Shown: one piece after another, positions 1-9,308 of the stretch
How the letters are laid out: each line of letters starts with the position of its first letter
Numbering within the stretch: the first letter of the stretch is position 1
DNA from: Minisyncoccia bacterium
Lineage (GTDB): Bacteria; Patescibacteriota; Minisyncoccia; Phycocordibacterales; UBA2100
Reading direction: 5' to 3'
Assembly: GCA_049297775.1 (NCBI GenBank)
Contig: JBAQUX010000009.1
Coordinates: 38,432-102,431, forward strand
Length of the DNA stretch: 64,000 nt
The notes under the pieces: generated by a model
Databases searched by the model: none
The model's input: only the letters and a program-made list of their open reading frames with translations
Told to the model about the DNA's origin: nothing
Position numbers and translations under genes: made by a program

Positions 1-240
1 ACCACCATTCGTCACATACAAAAATCCAGCCCACATAAAGAGGAGCGCCGTTGCCATGACGCCCAAGAAAATTGCGAAGTTGATGAGGTTTTGAATGAGT
101 TGCACTAGCTGACACCAGCCGAAAGTTGTTGCATCCCCTTCAGGCACTAACCTCCCGACAACACCCTGCGCCCATGCAAAGCCAGTAGGTACGGTTACAA
201 AGAGTGAGAGTGCAGTTGCAAACAATGCTTTCTGAATCAT
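1..240 (-). CDS. Partial CDS (N-terminal ~80 aa, runs off window): MIQKALFATALSLFVTVPTGFAWAQGVVGRLVPEGDATTFGWCQLVQLIQNLINFAIFLGVMATALLFMWAGFLYVTNGG. Signal peptide followed by a hydrophobic segment; small secreted/membrane protein, pilin-like (TrbC/VirB2-style) topology is possible.
   Basis: Own translation of minus strand from ATG at 238-240. Signal-peptide-like N-terminus (AWA cleavage-like) plus a second hydrophobic helix. Not listed in ORF track because truncated by the window edge. Confidence 0.4.
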   Translation of the reverse strand, partial: MIQKALFATALSLFVTVPTGFAWAQGVVGRLVPEGDATTFGWCQLVQLIQNLINFAIFLGVMATALLFMWAGFLYVTNGG

Positions 241-560
241 GCGAATAGTATACCGCACATATTTTAAATGCGAATATGAACTTATCCCTCAACAAAAGAC
301 TGTCCAATGAGTAGGTTTTGCGCTTGTGCGTCGGGTTGGAGTTTCTTTCACAAAAAATATGTTCCGTCGCACAAAAATGCTTATTATCAAGATACACACA
401 CTGTAGGATTCTCGGCTTACAGCCGCAGTACAGGTTTCCCATTTTTTGTATGCGTACATATGAAAAATATGGGAGAACCTTTTCGAACGCTAACCAAAGT
501 GTGCCCCGCACACTTTGCCCGACCCACAAAAAAACCGCCATAAGGCGATTTTTGTTGCTG

Positions 561-644
561 TGCGTCGGGTAGGATTCGAACCTACGTAGCCGTTAAGGCG
601 ATTGGTTTACAGCCAATTACGATTGACCACTCCGTCACCGACGC
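561..644 (-). tRNA. tRNA-Tyr (anticodon GTA), ~84 nt with long variable arm; CCA not encoded
   Basis: Reverse complement reads GCGTCGG...TTGGCTGTAAACCAA...GGTTCGAATCCTACCCGACGCA. 7-bp acceptor stem pairs; anticodon loop CTGTAAA gives GUA; long variable arm typical of Tyr; T-arm GGTTCGAATCC. Confidence 0.85.
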
Positions 645-796
645 ATGTGGGCGCATACTAGCATGAGGAGTTTGTTTTGTGAATGTTACTCAGCGCGTAT
701 ATTTGCAATACTGCTTTGTGCGATTACACTTACATATACAGTGAACCTAGAGGGCTCACATACAACGATGCAGGCGTTACTCACCTGAAAACAACG

Positions 797-850
797 AGTC
801 ACCTTGCCTTGTCTTGCCCTGTTTCAAACAGCCTCCCAAGACAAGGCATT
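797..850 (-). terminator. Long hairpin (ccttgccttgtcttg...caagacaaggca) with nested ctgtttcaaacag palindrome followed by T-rich tract on minus strand; probable clpB terminator
   Basis: 11-12 bp inverted repeat immediately 3' of the clpB stop (863) on the minus strand, followed by ttgtttt. Confidence 0.4.
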
Positions 851-862
851 CTTTTATGCGAA

Positions 863-3556
863 TTATTGAGCTGTAGTTGCCTGTGCAACTTTTGGACGTG
901 TCGTTCGCTTTGAAGTGGTGACCACAATCTTTCCATCCTTCACGTCAACTTTTACTGCACCTCCGTGCATGAGTCCTTGGTCTATCATCATGTTTGCAAT
1001 TGGGGTCAGCAATACATTTTGTATCAATCGCTTTAATGGTCGTGCACCGTAGTGTGGATTATATCCATCCTTAGCGAGTTGCACGTACACCGCATCTGTA
1101 ATCGCGAGTGCAATTTTTTTCTCTTTCAAACGTGCCTCAACAATCTTTACCTGCTTCTGTACTACTTCACGAATGACATCTGGCGTTAATACATTAAAGA
1201 TAACGGTGTCATCAAGGCGGTTCAGAAATTCTGGTCTGAAGAAATCTTTAACTGCACCACGCACTTTCTCTTTCATTTCTTCGTATCCTGCCTTGTCTTC
1301 CTCTACCTTACTTCCTACTGTGGTAAAGCCGAGCTTGGTCATATTTTCTATGTACTCAGCACCAAGATTTGAAGTCATGACAATAATAGTGTTTTTGAAA
1401 TTAACGGTGCGCCCCTTTGCATCAGTAAGATGTCCACTGTCGAGTACCTGAAGTAGTGAATTCAAAACTTCTGGGTGTGCTTTTTCAACCTCGTCGAACA
1501 AAAGGACTGAGTATGGTCGGTGGCGCACTTTTTGCGTGAGCATACCTCCTTCTTCATGGCCAACATATCCCGGAGGTGAACCAATCATTTTTGAAACCGT
1601 ATGTGCCTCCATGTACTCACTCATATCAACACGTATGAGAGATTTTTCATCATCAAACATAAATTCTGCAAGTGCTTTTGTGAGCTCTGTCTTCCCCACT
1701 CCGGTAGGACCTAAGAACAAGAATGAGCCAATCGGCTTGTTCGGATCTGCAATGCCTACACGAGAACGTTTTACAGCATTTGCGACTGTAGTTATCGCTT
1801 CATCCTGTCCAACAATTTTTTCTTTAAGATATGCTTCCATACGAGAAAGCTTTTGCACTTCCTCTTCAAGCATGCGCGACACCGGAATGCCCGTCCAGCG
1901 TGACACAACTTCTGCGATATCTGATTCTTTTATTTCTTCATTAAGCACCCGTCGATTACGTTGCAGTTTTTTGAGACGGTTAGTATTTTCTATGAGAGAT
2001 TTTTCAAGTTTTGGAATTTTACCGTAGCGAATCTCTGCAGCCTTGGCGAGGTCAACAGCCGCTTCAGCGGCATCTGCTTCAATGCGTAGTGTTTCGAGCT
2101 CTTGTTTAACATTTTTGATTTCAGCAAGAATATCTTTTTCGTTTTGCCATTTCAGTTCAAGTTCACGACTACCTTCTTTAAGATTTGCAATTTCTTCCTC
2201 AATGATTTTTACCCGTAACTGTGCGTCTTTATCACCACGCGATACATCTTTCAGTAATGCTTCACGCTCAACTTCAAGACGCATAATTCTGCGATGAGAA
2301 GTTTCAAGGTGTGCCGGCTTACTTTCAAGTGCTATGCGCAGTGCAGACGCAGCCTCATCAATAAGGTCTACGGCTTTGTCTGGCAAGAATCTGTCAGAGA
2401 CGTATCTACTCGAAAGATGAACTGATGCAACGATTGCTTCGTCTGTAATGTGTACGCCGTGGAAAAGTTCGTACTTTTCTTTGAGGCCACGCATAATTGC
2501 AATTGCATCCTCAAGTGATGGCTCCTGCACCATGACGGGCTGGAAGCGCCGTGTAAGTGCTGGGTCACGCTCAATATGTTTTTGGTATTCACTCAGTGTT
2601 GTTGCTCCAATCATGCGTAACGTACCTCGCGCCAACGCAGGCTTTAACATGTTTGACGCATCGAGTGAGCCCTCTGCGGCACCTGCTCCAACAATTGTAT
2701 GGATTTCATCTACAAACAAAATAACGTTTCCTTCTGAACGCTCAACTTCCTTCATGATTGTTTTAAGTCGCTCTTCAAATTCACCACGAAATTTCGTACC
2801 TGCAATGAGTAAGCCTAAGTCGAGTGTTACCAACTCTTTTCCTTTCAATGATTCAGGTACATCACCCGACGCCATGCGCTGAGCAAGACCTTCAGCAATT
2901 GCTGTCTTTCCAACACCCGCCTCTCCAATCAAAATTGGGTTATTTTTTGTACGTCGGGAAAGTATCTGTATGACGCGAGTGATTTCTGTATCACGACCAA
3001 TGACAGGATCGAGCTTATTCTCGAGTGCCATACGTGTGAGACTGCGAGTAAATTTTGTGAGTGCTTTTGCCTTCTTATTTGATCCTTCTTTAGGCTGAAG
3101 ACCTCCTTCTTGCTTTAATTCTGCGTACATACGCATAATACTTTCCTTAGTGAGACCATTTTTTGAAAAAACATTTTCGGTGTTCCCAGGAAATTCAGCG
3201 AGGGCAGCGAACACATGCTCGACAGAGACAAACTGATCTTCAGCCTCGGTCGCATTTTTTTGTGCTGCCTCAAGTACCTGTACCAACTCTGGCGTCAGAT
3301 ACATTTGCATTGCTTGTGATAATGTTTGCCCCGTTTCCCCTTCAAGTAATTCCGTTACATCATCAAGAAAGAGGATACTATCAACACCAAGCTTCTCTAC
3401 GATATTCTGTACATTGCTATCCTCCTGGAGTACCAGTGCTGCGAGCACATGCAATGGATTTACGTGGTTTTGCCCACGTTCAACTGCAATTTGATGCGCA
3501 CGATGAATCGCTTCTTTTGCTTTTTGTGTGTAATTGTTGAAAGGTGTCATTGACAT
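863..3556 (-). CDS. clpB: ATP-dependent chaperone ClpB (Clp/Hsp100, two AAA+ modules with long coiled-coil middle domain)
   Basis: Clp N-domain repeats at N-terminus, Walker [19 protein letters not shown] in NBD1, long coiled-coil M-domain ([29 protein letters not shown]), second P-loop [15 protein letters not shown]. 897 aa fits ClpB. Confidence 0.9.
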   Translation of the reverse strand: MSMTPFNNYTQKAKEAIHRAHQIAVERGQNHVNPLHVLAALVLQEDSNVQNIVEKLGVDSILFLDDVTELLEGETGQTLSQAMQMYLTPELVQVLEAAQKNATEAEDQFVSVEHVFAALAEFPGNTENVFSKNGLTKESIMRMYAELKQEGGLQPKEGSNKKAKALTKFTRSLTRMALENKLDPVIGRDTEITRVIQILSRRTKNNPILIGEAGVGKTAIAEGLAQRMASGDVPESLKGKELVTLDLGLLIAGTKFRGEFEERLKTIMKEVERSEGNVILFVDEIHTIVGAGAAEGSLDASNMLKPALARGTLRMIGATTLSEYQKHIERDPALTRRFQPVMVQEPSLEDAIAIMRGLKEKYELFHGVHITDEAIVASVHLSSRYVSDRFLPDKAVDLIDEAASALRIALESKPAHLETSHRRIMRLEVEREALLKDVSRGDKDAQLRVKIIEEEIANLKEGSRELELKWQNEKDILAEIKNVKQELETLRIEADAAEAAVDLAKAAEIRYGKIPKLEKSLIENTNRLKKLQRNRRVLNEEIKESDIAEVVSRWTGIPVSRMLEEEVQKLSRMEAYLKEKIVGQDEAITTVANAVKRSRVGIADPNKPIGSFLFLGPTGVGKTELTKALAEFMFDDEKSLIRVDMSEYMEAHTVSKMIGSPPGYVGHEEGGMLTQKVRHRPYSVLLFDEVEKAHPEVLNSLLQVLDSGHLTDAKGRTVNFKNTIIVMTSNLGAEYIENMTKLGFTTVGSKVEEDKAGYEEMKEKVRGAVKDFFRPEFLNRLDDTVIFNVLTPDVIREVVQKQVKIVEARLKEKKIALAITDAVYVQLAKDGYNPHYGARPLKRLIQNVLLTPIANMMIDQGLMHGGAVKVDVKDGKIVVTTSKRTTRPKVAQATTAQ

Positions 3557-3586
3557 ATACTACCATGTTTAAACCGTATGTAAAAT

Positions 3587-4360
3587 TTACTGGAGCATTC
3601 CTGCGGGTACCCAGACACCACCGATAAGGAGTGCAACGAGCTTACCTTCCATGGTGACCAGTGGTGTTCCCGGTGTGGCATCAACTGGCACAGAAAGCGT
3701 GCTCAATGCGCCAGATTCTGAGCGTACAATATCGGAAACGATTCCAGTACTTACCTTGGGGCGCGATGTGCCTCCCACCAGAATGAGAGTTTCTCCGAGT
3801 TGGATGGCGCCTCCTTCTGCTTTTTGCGCGGATTGTCCACTACCCTTCTCGAGAGTTAAGTATGCAACACCACTTACAATTTTTATTTTTGTAACCGGTA
3901 TTTCCGTTTGAGATGCCAATGGCTTTATGATGAGAACAGAATCCTCCGCAATGCCTGTCGCATCTGTCGCAACGGTATCTCCTGATACAAACACTCCTCG
4001 AGCAATAAATTTCTGGACATCTTTTGCTTCTCCTCCTTCTTCTGTTGCAGGCTCGCTCACCGCAATCACCACACTTACCGTATATGGAATTGCTGATTTA
4101 ACTGCGTCTGCAACAAGGTCTGATTCTTTTACTAAGACTGTTTTTTCTTTGGTAATTATTTTTGGTTCCCCACCTTTTGGGTCTTTCTCGATTACACGCT
4201 CAACAGTTTTTTCAACGACACGGTTAATTGTTTGCGTGAGCGCAGGTGGTGCTTGCTGTAGCAATGACACAGTAACTATTCCTGTGGCGATTGATGTCAC
4301 AAAACTCACTAAGAGTGTGAGTAAAATTATCTGTGTTTTGTTGAGATTTTCAATATCCAT
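3587..4360 (-). CDS. Membrane-anchored protein with a degenerate trypsin-like (HtrA/S1-like) domain; catalytic His/Asp/Ser apparently all substituted (pseudoprotease candidate)
   Basis: N-terminal TM helix; C-terminal region GETLILVGGTSRPKVSTGIVSDI...SVPVDATPGTPLVTMEGKLVALLIGG parallels HtrA GD..VAIGNPFGL..TVTSGIVSAL...[28 protein letters not shown], but GNSGGP is TPGTP and no His is at the expected site. Confidence 0.45.
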   Translation of the reverse strand: MDIENLNKTQIILLTLLVSFVTSIATGIVTVSLLQQAPPALTQTINRVVEKTVERVIEKDPKGGEPKIITKEKTVLVKESDLVADAVKSAIPYTVSVVIAVSEPATEEGGEAKDVQKFIARGVFVSGDTVATDATGIAEDSVLIIKPLASQTEIPVTKIKIVSGVAYLTLEKGSGQSAQKAEGGAIQLGETLILVGGTSRPKVSTGIVSDIVRSESGALSTLSVPVDATPGTPLVTMEGKLVALLIGGVWVPAGMLQ

Positions 4361-4411
4361 ATGGACATAGTAGCAAACATTTACCTTTGATGAAATACGT
4401 ACACCAGATGC

Positions 4412-5632
4412 TTAAAGTGCGTTTTTGCGATATACCGCTACGAGCTCGGAGAGAAGAGAAACGACTCGTGAAAGGTCGTCAGATGATATTCCTTTTCCGT
4501 ATGAAAATCGCAACGTCGTGGTACTACGCCATGTGTCACCACCAAGCGCCTTTACTACTGGAGACTCCGGATCTCCTGACTCAAGGAGACAAATAGATTT
4601 AGTACTACATGCCACACCTCTATGATCGAGCGCGAGCATGATGTACTCGCTGTCGATTCCTGGGATTGAAATATTTACAATATGCGCCGACTGATGTTTC
4701 CCAGTACCGTTTATGACAGCGTCTGGAAACGCAGTGAGTAACTCTTGTACGAATTTTTTTCTCATTTCTCGTGTCCGCGTAAATGCACCTTCGCGTTCTT
4801 CTTCGAGCTGCGTAAGCGCAGCGGCATAACCTGTAAGTAGCATCGGGTCTTCCGTACCGGGACGAAATCCGCGCTCCTGTCCACCACCATACATACGTGT
4901 GAGTAGTGGCACATCATTGCGGACGTATAACACAGCAATCCCCCGAGGTCCGTATAGTTTTCCTGAAGAAAGTGTCAGCATGTCGAGATGCACACCGTGA
5001 GGTTGTGGGGCTGTAGCAAACGCAGATTGTCCTGCGTCAGAGTGAAAAACGATTTGTGTGTCATGCACCTTTTCATATTCTCGAATAGCGTTTCCCAGTG
5101 CACGTAAAGGCTGAATAGTGCCGATTTCACCATTTGCCCAGCCAATAGATACGAGACGTGTCTCACTCCGCAGCGCGGAGACGAGTGCGTTCACGGTAAT
5201 TTCTCCATGAGCGTTAGGTGCGATATAGGTCACGTCCGCAAAGCTCAGAAATTCATCCGAATCAAGCACTTCTAGTATAGATGAATGTTCAATGCGCGTA
5301 CTCACCACATGCGGGCGTATTCCTGTCTGTGCAAGCGCACGCACCACGCCAAACAATGCAAGATTGTTTGCCTCGGTTGCGCCGGAAGTACAAATAATTT
5401 CTTGTGGCTTAACCGCAAGAACTTTTGCAATTTTTGCACGGGCTTCATCTAATACCGCTTTAGCCTGCATACCTTCACTATGCGGTGCGCCAGGGTTACC
5501 CCAACGCGCATGCACTTGGGCCATTGCATCACGGGACACCTGGGAAAGTGGTGTTGCGCCCGCGTAATCAAGATACACACGTTGCGGTACGCGACTGCGC
5601 TGTATTTTTTTTTGTATAAAATTAATCAACAT
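4412..5632 (-). CDS. Cysteine desulfurase (class V aminotransferase, NifS/IscS-like)
   Basis: VYLDYAGATPL N-terminus; PLP-lysine context SSGKLYGPRGIAVLYVR matches SGHKIYGPKGVGALYVR of IscS/NifS; 406 aa. Confidence 0.85.
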   Translation of the reverse strand: MLINFIQKKIQRSRVPQRVYLDYAGATPLSQVSRDAMAQVHARWGNPGAPHSEGMQAKAVLDEARAKIAKVLAVKPQEIICTSGATEANNLALFGVVRALAQTGIRPHVVSTRIEHSSILEVLDSDEFLSFADVTYIAPNAHGEITVNALVSALRSETRLVSIGWANGEIGTIQPLRALGNAIREYEKVHDTQIVFHSDAGQSAFATAPQPHGVHLDMLTLSSGKLYGPRGIAVLYVRNDVPLLTRMYGGGQERGFRPGTEDPMLLTGYAAALTQLEEEREGAFTRTREMRKKFVQELLTAFPDAVINGTGKHQSAHIVNISIPGIDSEYIMLALDHRGVACSTKSICLLESGDPESPVVKALGGDTWRSTTTLRFSYGKGISSDDLSRVVSLLSELVAVYRKNAL

Positions 5633-5664
5633 GGAGTATCTGTATATACTACTCTGAAATAGGA

Positions 5665-7212
5665 CTAATAAAAAACATCCTTCACTCGACTAATGAGCAG
5701 TGAGCTCACACCTTTTCTATCATCAGCGCCGAACACAATCACGCTCACAGGGCGCGTAGACTTACCAAATGGAATTTCAAATACAAACAGCGCAGTCTGC
5801 TTTGCAGCTGTCGTTTCGCCCACTTTCCCGCCAACAAATTCTGGAGCATCAGCAAAATCATTAAAGTTTTGAATCGCATCAAAACTATGTGAACCATATG
5901 CATTTTCTTTGAGCTTACCTGACGAAACATCAAGTACGAATTTCCTATTGAAGTAGAGATACTGAGCTAGCCTGTGCAAATCTTGCGGACTCGCGACGTT
6001 TTCTGAGCCGGCACCAGATGGATCGACGAACTGTGCATGTGTCATACCAATTGCGCGTGCCTTTTTATTCATGAGCGCAATAAACGATTTCCTATCAGGA
6101 ATTTTTGAACCCGCGCGCGCGATAGCTTCCGCTGCTTCATTTGACGACTCGAGGAGTAACGGAAAAAGTAGTTCATAGATGCGGTACTTCTCACCTAAAA
6201 CGAGTCGTGGCTTACTTGTCGAGACTATCATATCTTCAGTGATGCGGACTTCTGTATCCAGATTAATATATTCAACGGCAGTAAGTGCGGTAATCAATTT
6301 TGTAATTGATGCAATAGGATACGGTGTTTCAGCATCTCCCTTTTCAAAAAATACGTAGTTACTTTTTACATCTGCAACTAAATGCGCAATGTCAGTTGTT
6401 GCCGCTTCGCGAATACCGTGAGAAACAGTATCTGGTTCAAAGTCCTTTTCATGCACAATAACTGGCGTGCCTACGGGAACGAGTACGTATACTTTCTGTG
6501 CATCTTCATCACTCAGTCGAATACATCCTCCGGAAAATTGTGAGGTAACAGGTGTACCGTTTTTATATTTTGGCCAGCCATGAATCAAGAAATTTCCTTG
6601 AAACTGCATATTGTACGGTGTATCAACGGGCGCAAATGATGAGCTATGAAATTCTGATTTACCTTCAATTTTATATATCCCTGCTGGTGTCTCCCACCAA
6701 GAACCATCTTTTCCTTTTGTTAAAATAGGCACCTCGAGGAGTGGTTCTTTCCCTTCGTATATGACGAGCTTCATTTGTGTGAGGTCAGCTGTTATAAATC
6801 GAAGGCCTTGAATTTGGAGCATCTTAATCGTTTGCTGATACAGTTCTGGCCGTGCCAAACGTGCATCCACGCCATATGACAATGCTTCATATTTTTTATC
6901 AGGCAATTGTGGCGTTATTAAATTGTAAGTAATCGTCCCAGTTTGGGGCGGTTCATATAAAAAGTATAATCCGGTTATTGGGACGACACTACAGCAGAGA
7001 CCGACGAGTGCAGAAGCAACATAACGATGACGACGAGTTTTTGAATCTTCTTCAGGTGCCTTAATTTGTCCACTCACCTCAAGCGCACGCTCTACTTGCG
7101 GTAAGCGCCAGCCTGCCTCGAGCAATTTTTCAGTGATAACTTCGATTGAGGTACCCCTCTCAAGTTCGAGAAGTATATTGCGTGGTAAATCTGCTTCTTG
7201 TTCAGGGGTCAT
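5665..7212 (-). CDS. Fusion protein: N-terminal TM anchor, L,D-transpeptidase (YkuD) catalytic domain, C-terminal serine-type D-Ala-D-Ala carboxypeptidase (peptidase S11/PBP5-like) domain
   Basis: LDT signature FLIHGWPKYKNGTPVTSQFSGGCIRL (His...Cys catalytic pair). Downstream SxxK IASITKLITAL and SxN LESSNEAAEAIA motifs of PBP5-type DD-carboxypeptidases. TM segment ALVGLCCSVVPITGLYFLY near N-terminus. Confidence 0.7.
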   Translation of the reverse strand: MTPEQEADLPRNILLELERGTSIEVITEKLLEAGWRLPQVERALEVSGQIKAPEEDSKTRRHRYVASALVGLCCSVVPITGLYFLYEPPQTGTITYNLITPQLPDKKYEALSYGVDARLARPELYQQTIKMLQIQGLRFITADLTQMKLVIYEGKEPLLEVPILTKGKDGSWWETPAGIYKIEGKSEFHSSSFAPVDTPYNMQFQGNFLIHGWPKYKNGTPVTSQFSGGCIRLSDEDAQKVYVLVPVGTPVIVHEKDFEPDTVSHGIREAATTDIAHLVADVKSNYVFFEKGDAETPYPIASITKLITALTAVEYINLDTEVRITEDMIVSTSKPRLVLGEKYRIYELLFPLLLESSNEAAEAIARAGSKIPDRKSFIALMNKKARAIGMTHAQFVDPSGAGSENVASPQDLHRLAQYLYFNRKFVLDVSSGKLKENAYGSHSFDAIQNFNDFADAPEFVGGKVGETTAAKQTALFVFEIPFGKSTRPVSVIVFGADDRKGVSSLLISRVKDVFY

Positions 7213-7304
7213 TATGCGTATTGTACTATCATCAGAAAAAGAAATTGTATGGTCTGTGCAAAAGATGCGGTGTACATCTCTTTACTTTTGCGTATACTGC
7301 GCCC

Positions 7305-7751
7305 ATGGATCAACAAACACTTATCGTCATTCTTTCCACCTTTGTCGGCGTGCTCTTTGTAGGATTCGTATGGCTCGCGCTAACACTACGCAAACTGACG
7401 CGCGGGAGTAACGGCGCATCACTTGAAAAGCATATTACGCGCATACTTGCCTATCATGAAGAATACACTGCCGAGCACGGTAAGGTTATACATCGCCTTA
7501 ACTCACTTGAGGACCGTATGCGTCGCGCGGTGCGCAAAATTTCTACAGTTCGTTTTGATCCATTTGAAGGACAAGGGAGCGGTAAGCAAAGTTTCGCAAT
7601 CGCGCTTATAGATGACGAAGGTAATGGCGCCATACTTTCTTCGTTACACTCTCACAGTCAAACAAAGGTTTTTGCAAAGCCAATTGAAGGCTTCAACTCT
7701 CTCCATGAATTATCGGACGAAGAAATACGTGCTATTGCGCAAGCAAAATAA
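7305..7751 (+). CDS. DUF4446-family protein (small N-terminal TM protein)
   Basis: Start trimmed to ATG 7305 (ORF-track start 7146 overlaps the upstream gene). VRFDPFEGQGSGKQSFAIALIDDEGNGAILSSL resembles the conserved core of DUF4446; N-terminal TM helix. Confidence 0.5.
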   Translation: MDQQTLIVILSTFVGVLFVGFVWLALTLRKLTRGSNGASLEKHITRILAYHEEYTAEHGKVIHRLNSLEDRMRRAVRKISTVRFDPFEGQGSGKQSFAIALIDDEGNGAILSSLHSHSQTKVFAKPIEGFNSLHELSDEEIRAIAQAK

Positions 7752-7892
7752 CGAGTAGTTGACAACACGCTCACAACAACTTAAAGTAAGACCATGCAAC
7801 TTTGCGCACGACAAGCACAGCATCATACCAACCTCTTACGAGAAGAGTTTGGTAGTGTTGTGCACGCGTAGCGTCTCCTTAAAACACTTTCA

Positions 7893-7917
7893 GCCTCTTC
7901 TCGGAAGGGGCTTTTTT
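7893..7917 (+). terminator. Rho-independent terminator (gcctcttctcggaaggggc + TTTTTT) downstream of the DUF4446 gene
   Basis: 8-9 bp GC-rich stem with 3-nt loop followed by a 6-T run on the + strand. Confidence 0.55.
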
Positions 7918-7996
7918 GTACCTAACTGAGAAGAATTTGCGGGCACCGTGCAGCCTTAGAGCACGGGGATGGTCACCATAGAACCGGGGAGCATGC

Positions 7997-8881
7997 GTGA
8001 TGTCTATCACCATTGCACTGGCAGGCGGCAAAAGTCTTGAGGATGGTGTTCGCACCCTCTTTGCCGATGCAGGGATAACAATAGGCTCTAATACGGGGAG
8101 TACCCACTCCGTGAACTTTAGAGACTATCCCTCTCTTCAGGAAGGCATCTTTCTGAAGCCTATGCGTATTCCGTTTTTAGTCGAAAACGGCACCTGTGAT
8201 GTGGGCATTACAGGTGAAGACACCGTGCGCGAGCATGGTGCCTCTGTCGAAATCCTGACACGGCTCGCATTCGGCCGTTCGACAGAAGGTGAAACCAGGG
8301 GCGTACTTTTTTGCGCACAAGGTGACACCTTAGACAAAATCGAAGATATACCCAAAGGTACGCAAGTACTTTCGGAGTATCCTCGTCTCACGCGCGCATT
8401 CTTCGCGGAGCGTGGGTTGGCGGTGGATGTGGTTCCATCTCCGGGGTCTGCGGAAGCGGAAGTACCCCGTTGCTATAGGTTAGGCGTCGTTCTTTCGGAG
8501 ACCGGACGGAGTCTTCGTGGGAATACACTACGCCCCCTGGCAACACTCTTTACCTCTGCTACGTGTCTTGTAGCAAATACGCAGGCACTCGCGAATCCGA
8601 CAAAGCGAGACGCGATCGAAAATCTTCAAGCGCTACTGCTTGGAGTTCTCGAGGCACGAGGAAAGATACTCCTCTGGATGAACGTACCCGCAGCATCAGT
8701 TGTTGCAGTTACGAAAATCCTACCGTCGCTCGGTAGCCCAACAATAGCGCCTCTCGCTGACGGAGGTTCATCAATCAGCACCGTGATGAGAAAGTCTGAA
8801 TTCAACGGACTCTTACCACACCTACGGAAACTTGGCGCGACAGGGTTCTTGCAGACCCCTATCGGTTCGGTGATTCCGTAG
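7997..8881 (+). CDS. hisG: ATP phosphoribosyltransferase, long form with C-terminal regulatory domain
   Basis: Aligns along its whole length with E. coli HisG from memory: [24 protein letters not shown] vs [36 protein letters not shown] vs [64 protein letters not shown] vs [53 protein letters not shown]; C-terminal [16 protein letters not shown] vs TILPLAGDQQRVAMHM. Confidence 0.8.
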   Translation: [294 protein letters not shown]

Positions 8882-8957
8882 CAACTTTGGTCCTTATGTG
8901 CATGCGTGCGCATAAGGCCATTTTTATATAGATACTTTTGCAACTGAGTGCACCCAC

Positions 8958-9308
8958 TTAATCGTAATGACTTCCTGCCGCACCACCTTTTCCAACAGGG
9001 CGAAGCTCGTCCAGATATTTCCGCTCTGCCTCTGTTCCTACAACTCGTGCAAGTGCCAATGGATCATTAATGCCACGAATATCAACGGATGCTATTGGTG
9101 CACCACCATGAACACCACAGTAAAAGTCTGTGAGTCCTTTTGCATTTGCCATGGGTGTACGCACCACATGACCAATTGCACCACCGCAAAGAGGACAATT
9201 AACATCGTCCTCTGGTGCGCAGTTTTCTGGAATTTTTTTTACAATCTCATGTGTGCGAGGCCCTTCCATGCCGATGATTAATTCCAAATCCTTTTCACTA
9301 ACGCCCAT
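8958..9308 (-). CDS. Hypothetical small protein with CPxCG zinc-ribbon-like motif
   Basis: NCPLCGGAIGHVV motif; start uncertain (ORF-track start 9368 overlaps the upstream gene; internal Met at 9308 or 9269 more likely). No family recognised. Confidence 0.3.
   Translation of the reverse strand: MGVSEKDLELIIGMEGPRTHEIVKKIPENCAPEDDVNCPLCGGAIGHVVRTPMANAKGLTDFYCGVHGGAPIASVDIRGINDPLALARVVGTEAERKYLDELRPVGKGGAAGSHYD

Noticed and set aside
307-572. Plus-strand small ORFs 307-543 and 318-572
   Set aside because: They overlap each other and the tRNA-Tyr gene and lie in the promoter region of the divergent partial gene. They have Cys/His-rich junk composition and are likely non-coding.
1173-3540. Several plus-strand ORFs of 84-163 aa (1173-1451, 1536-2027, 2043-2297, 2448-2882, 3163-3540)
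   Set aside because: All lie antisense inside the well-supported clpB gene. They have Ser/Arg/Cys-rich low-complexity translations typical of antisense frames of a GC-skewed coding region.
7752-7996. T-box riboswitch upstream of hisG
   Set aside because: GGGATGGTCACCATAG superficially resembles the T-box core GGGUGGNACCGCG, but it lies downstream of the only terminator-like hairpin, which is the wrong order for a T-box. No specifier loop, AGAGA or GNUGA elements were found.
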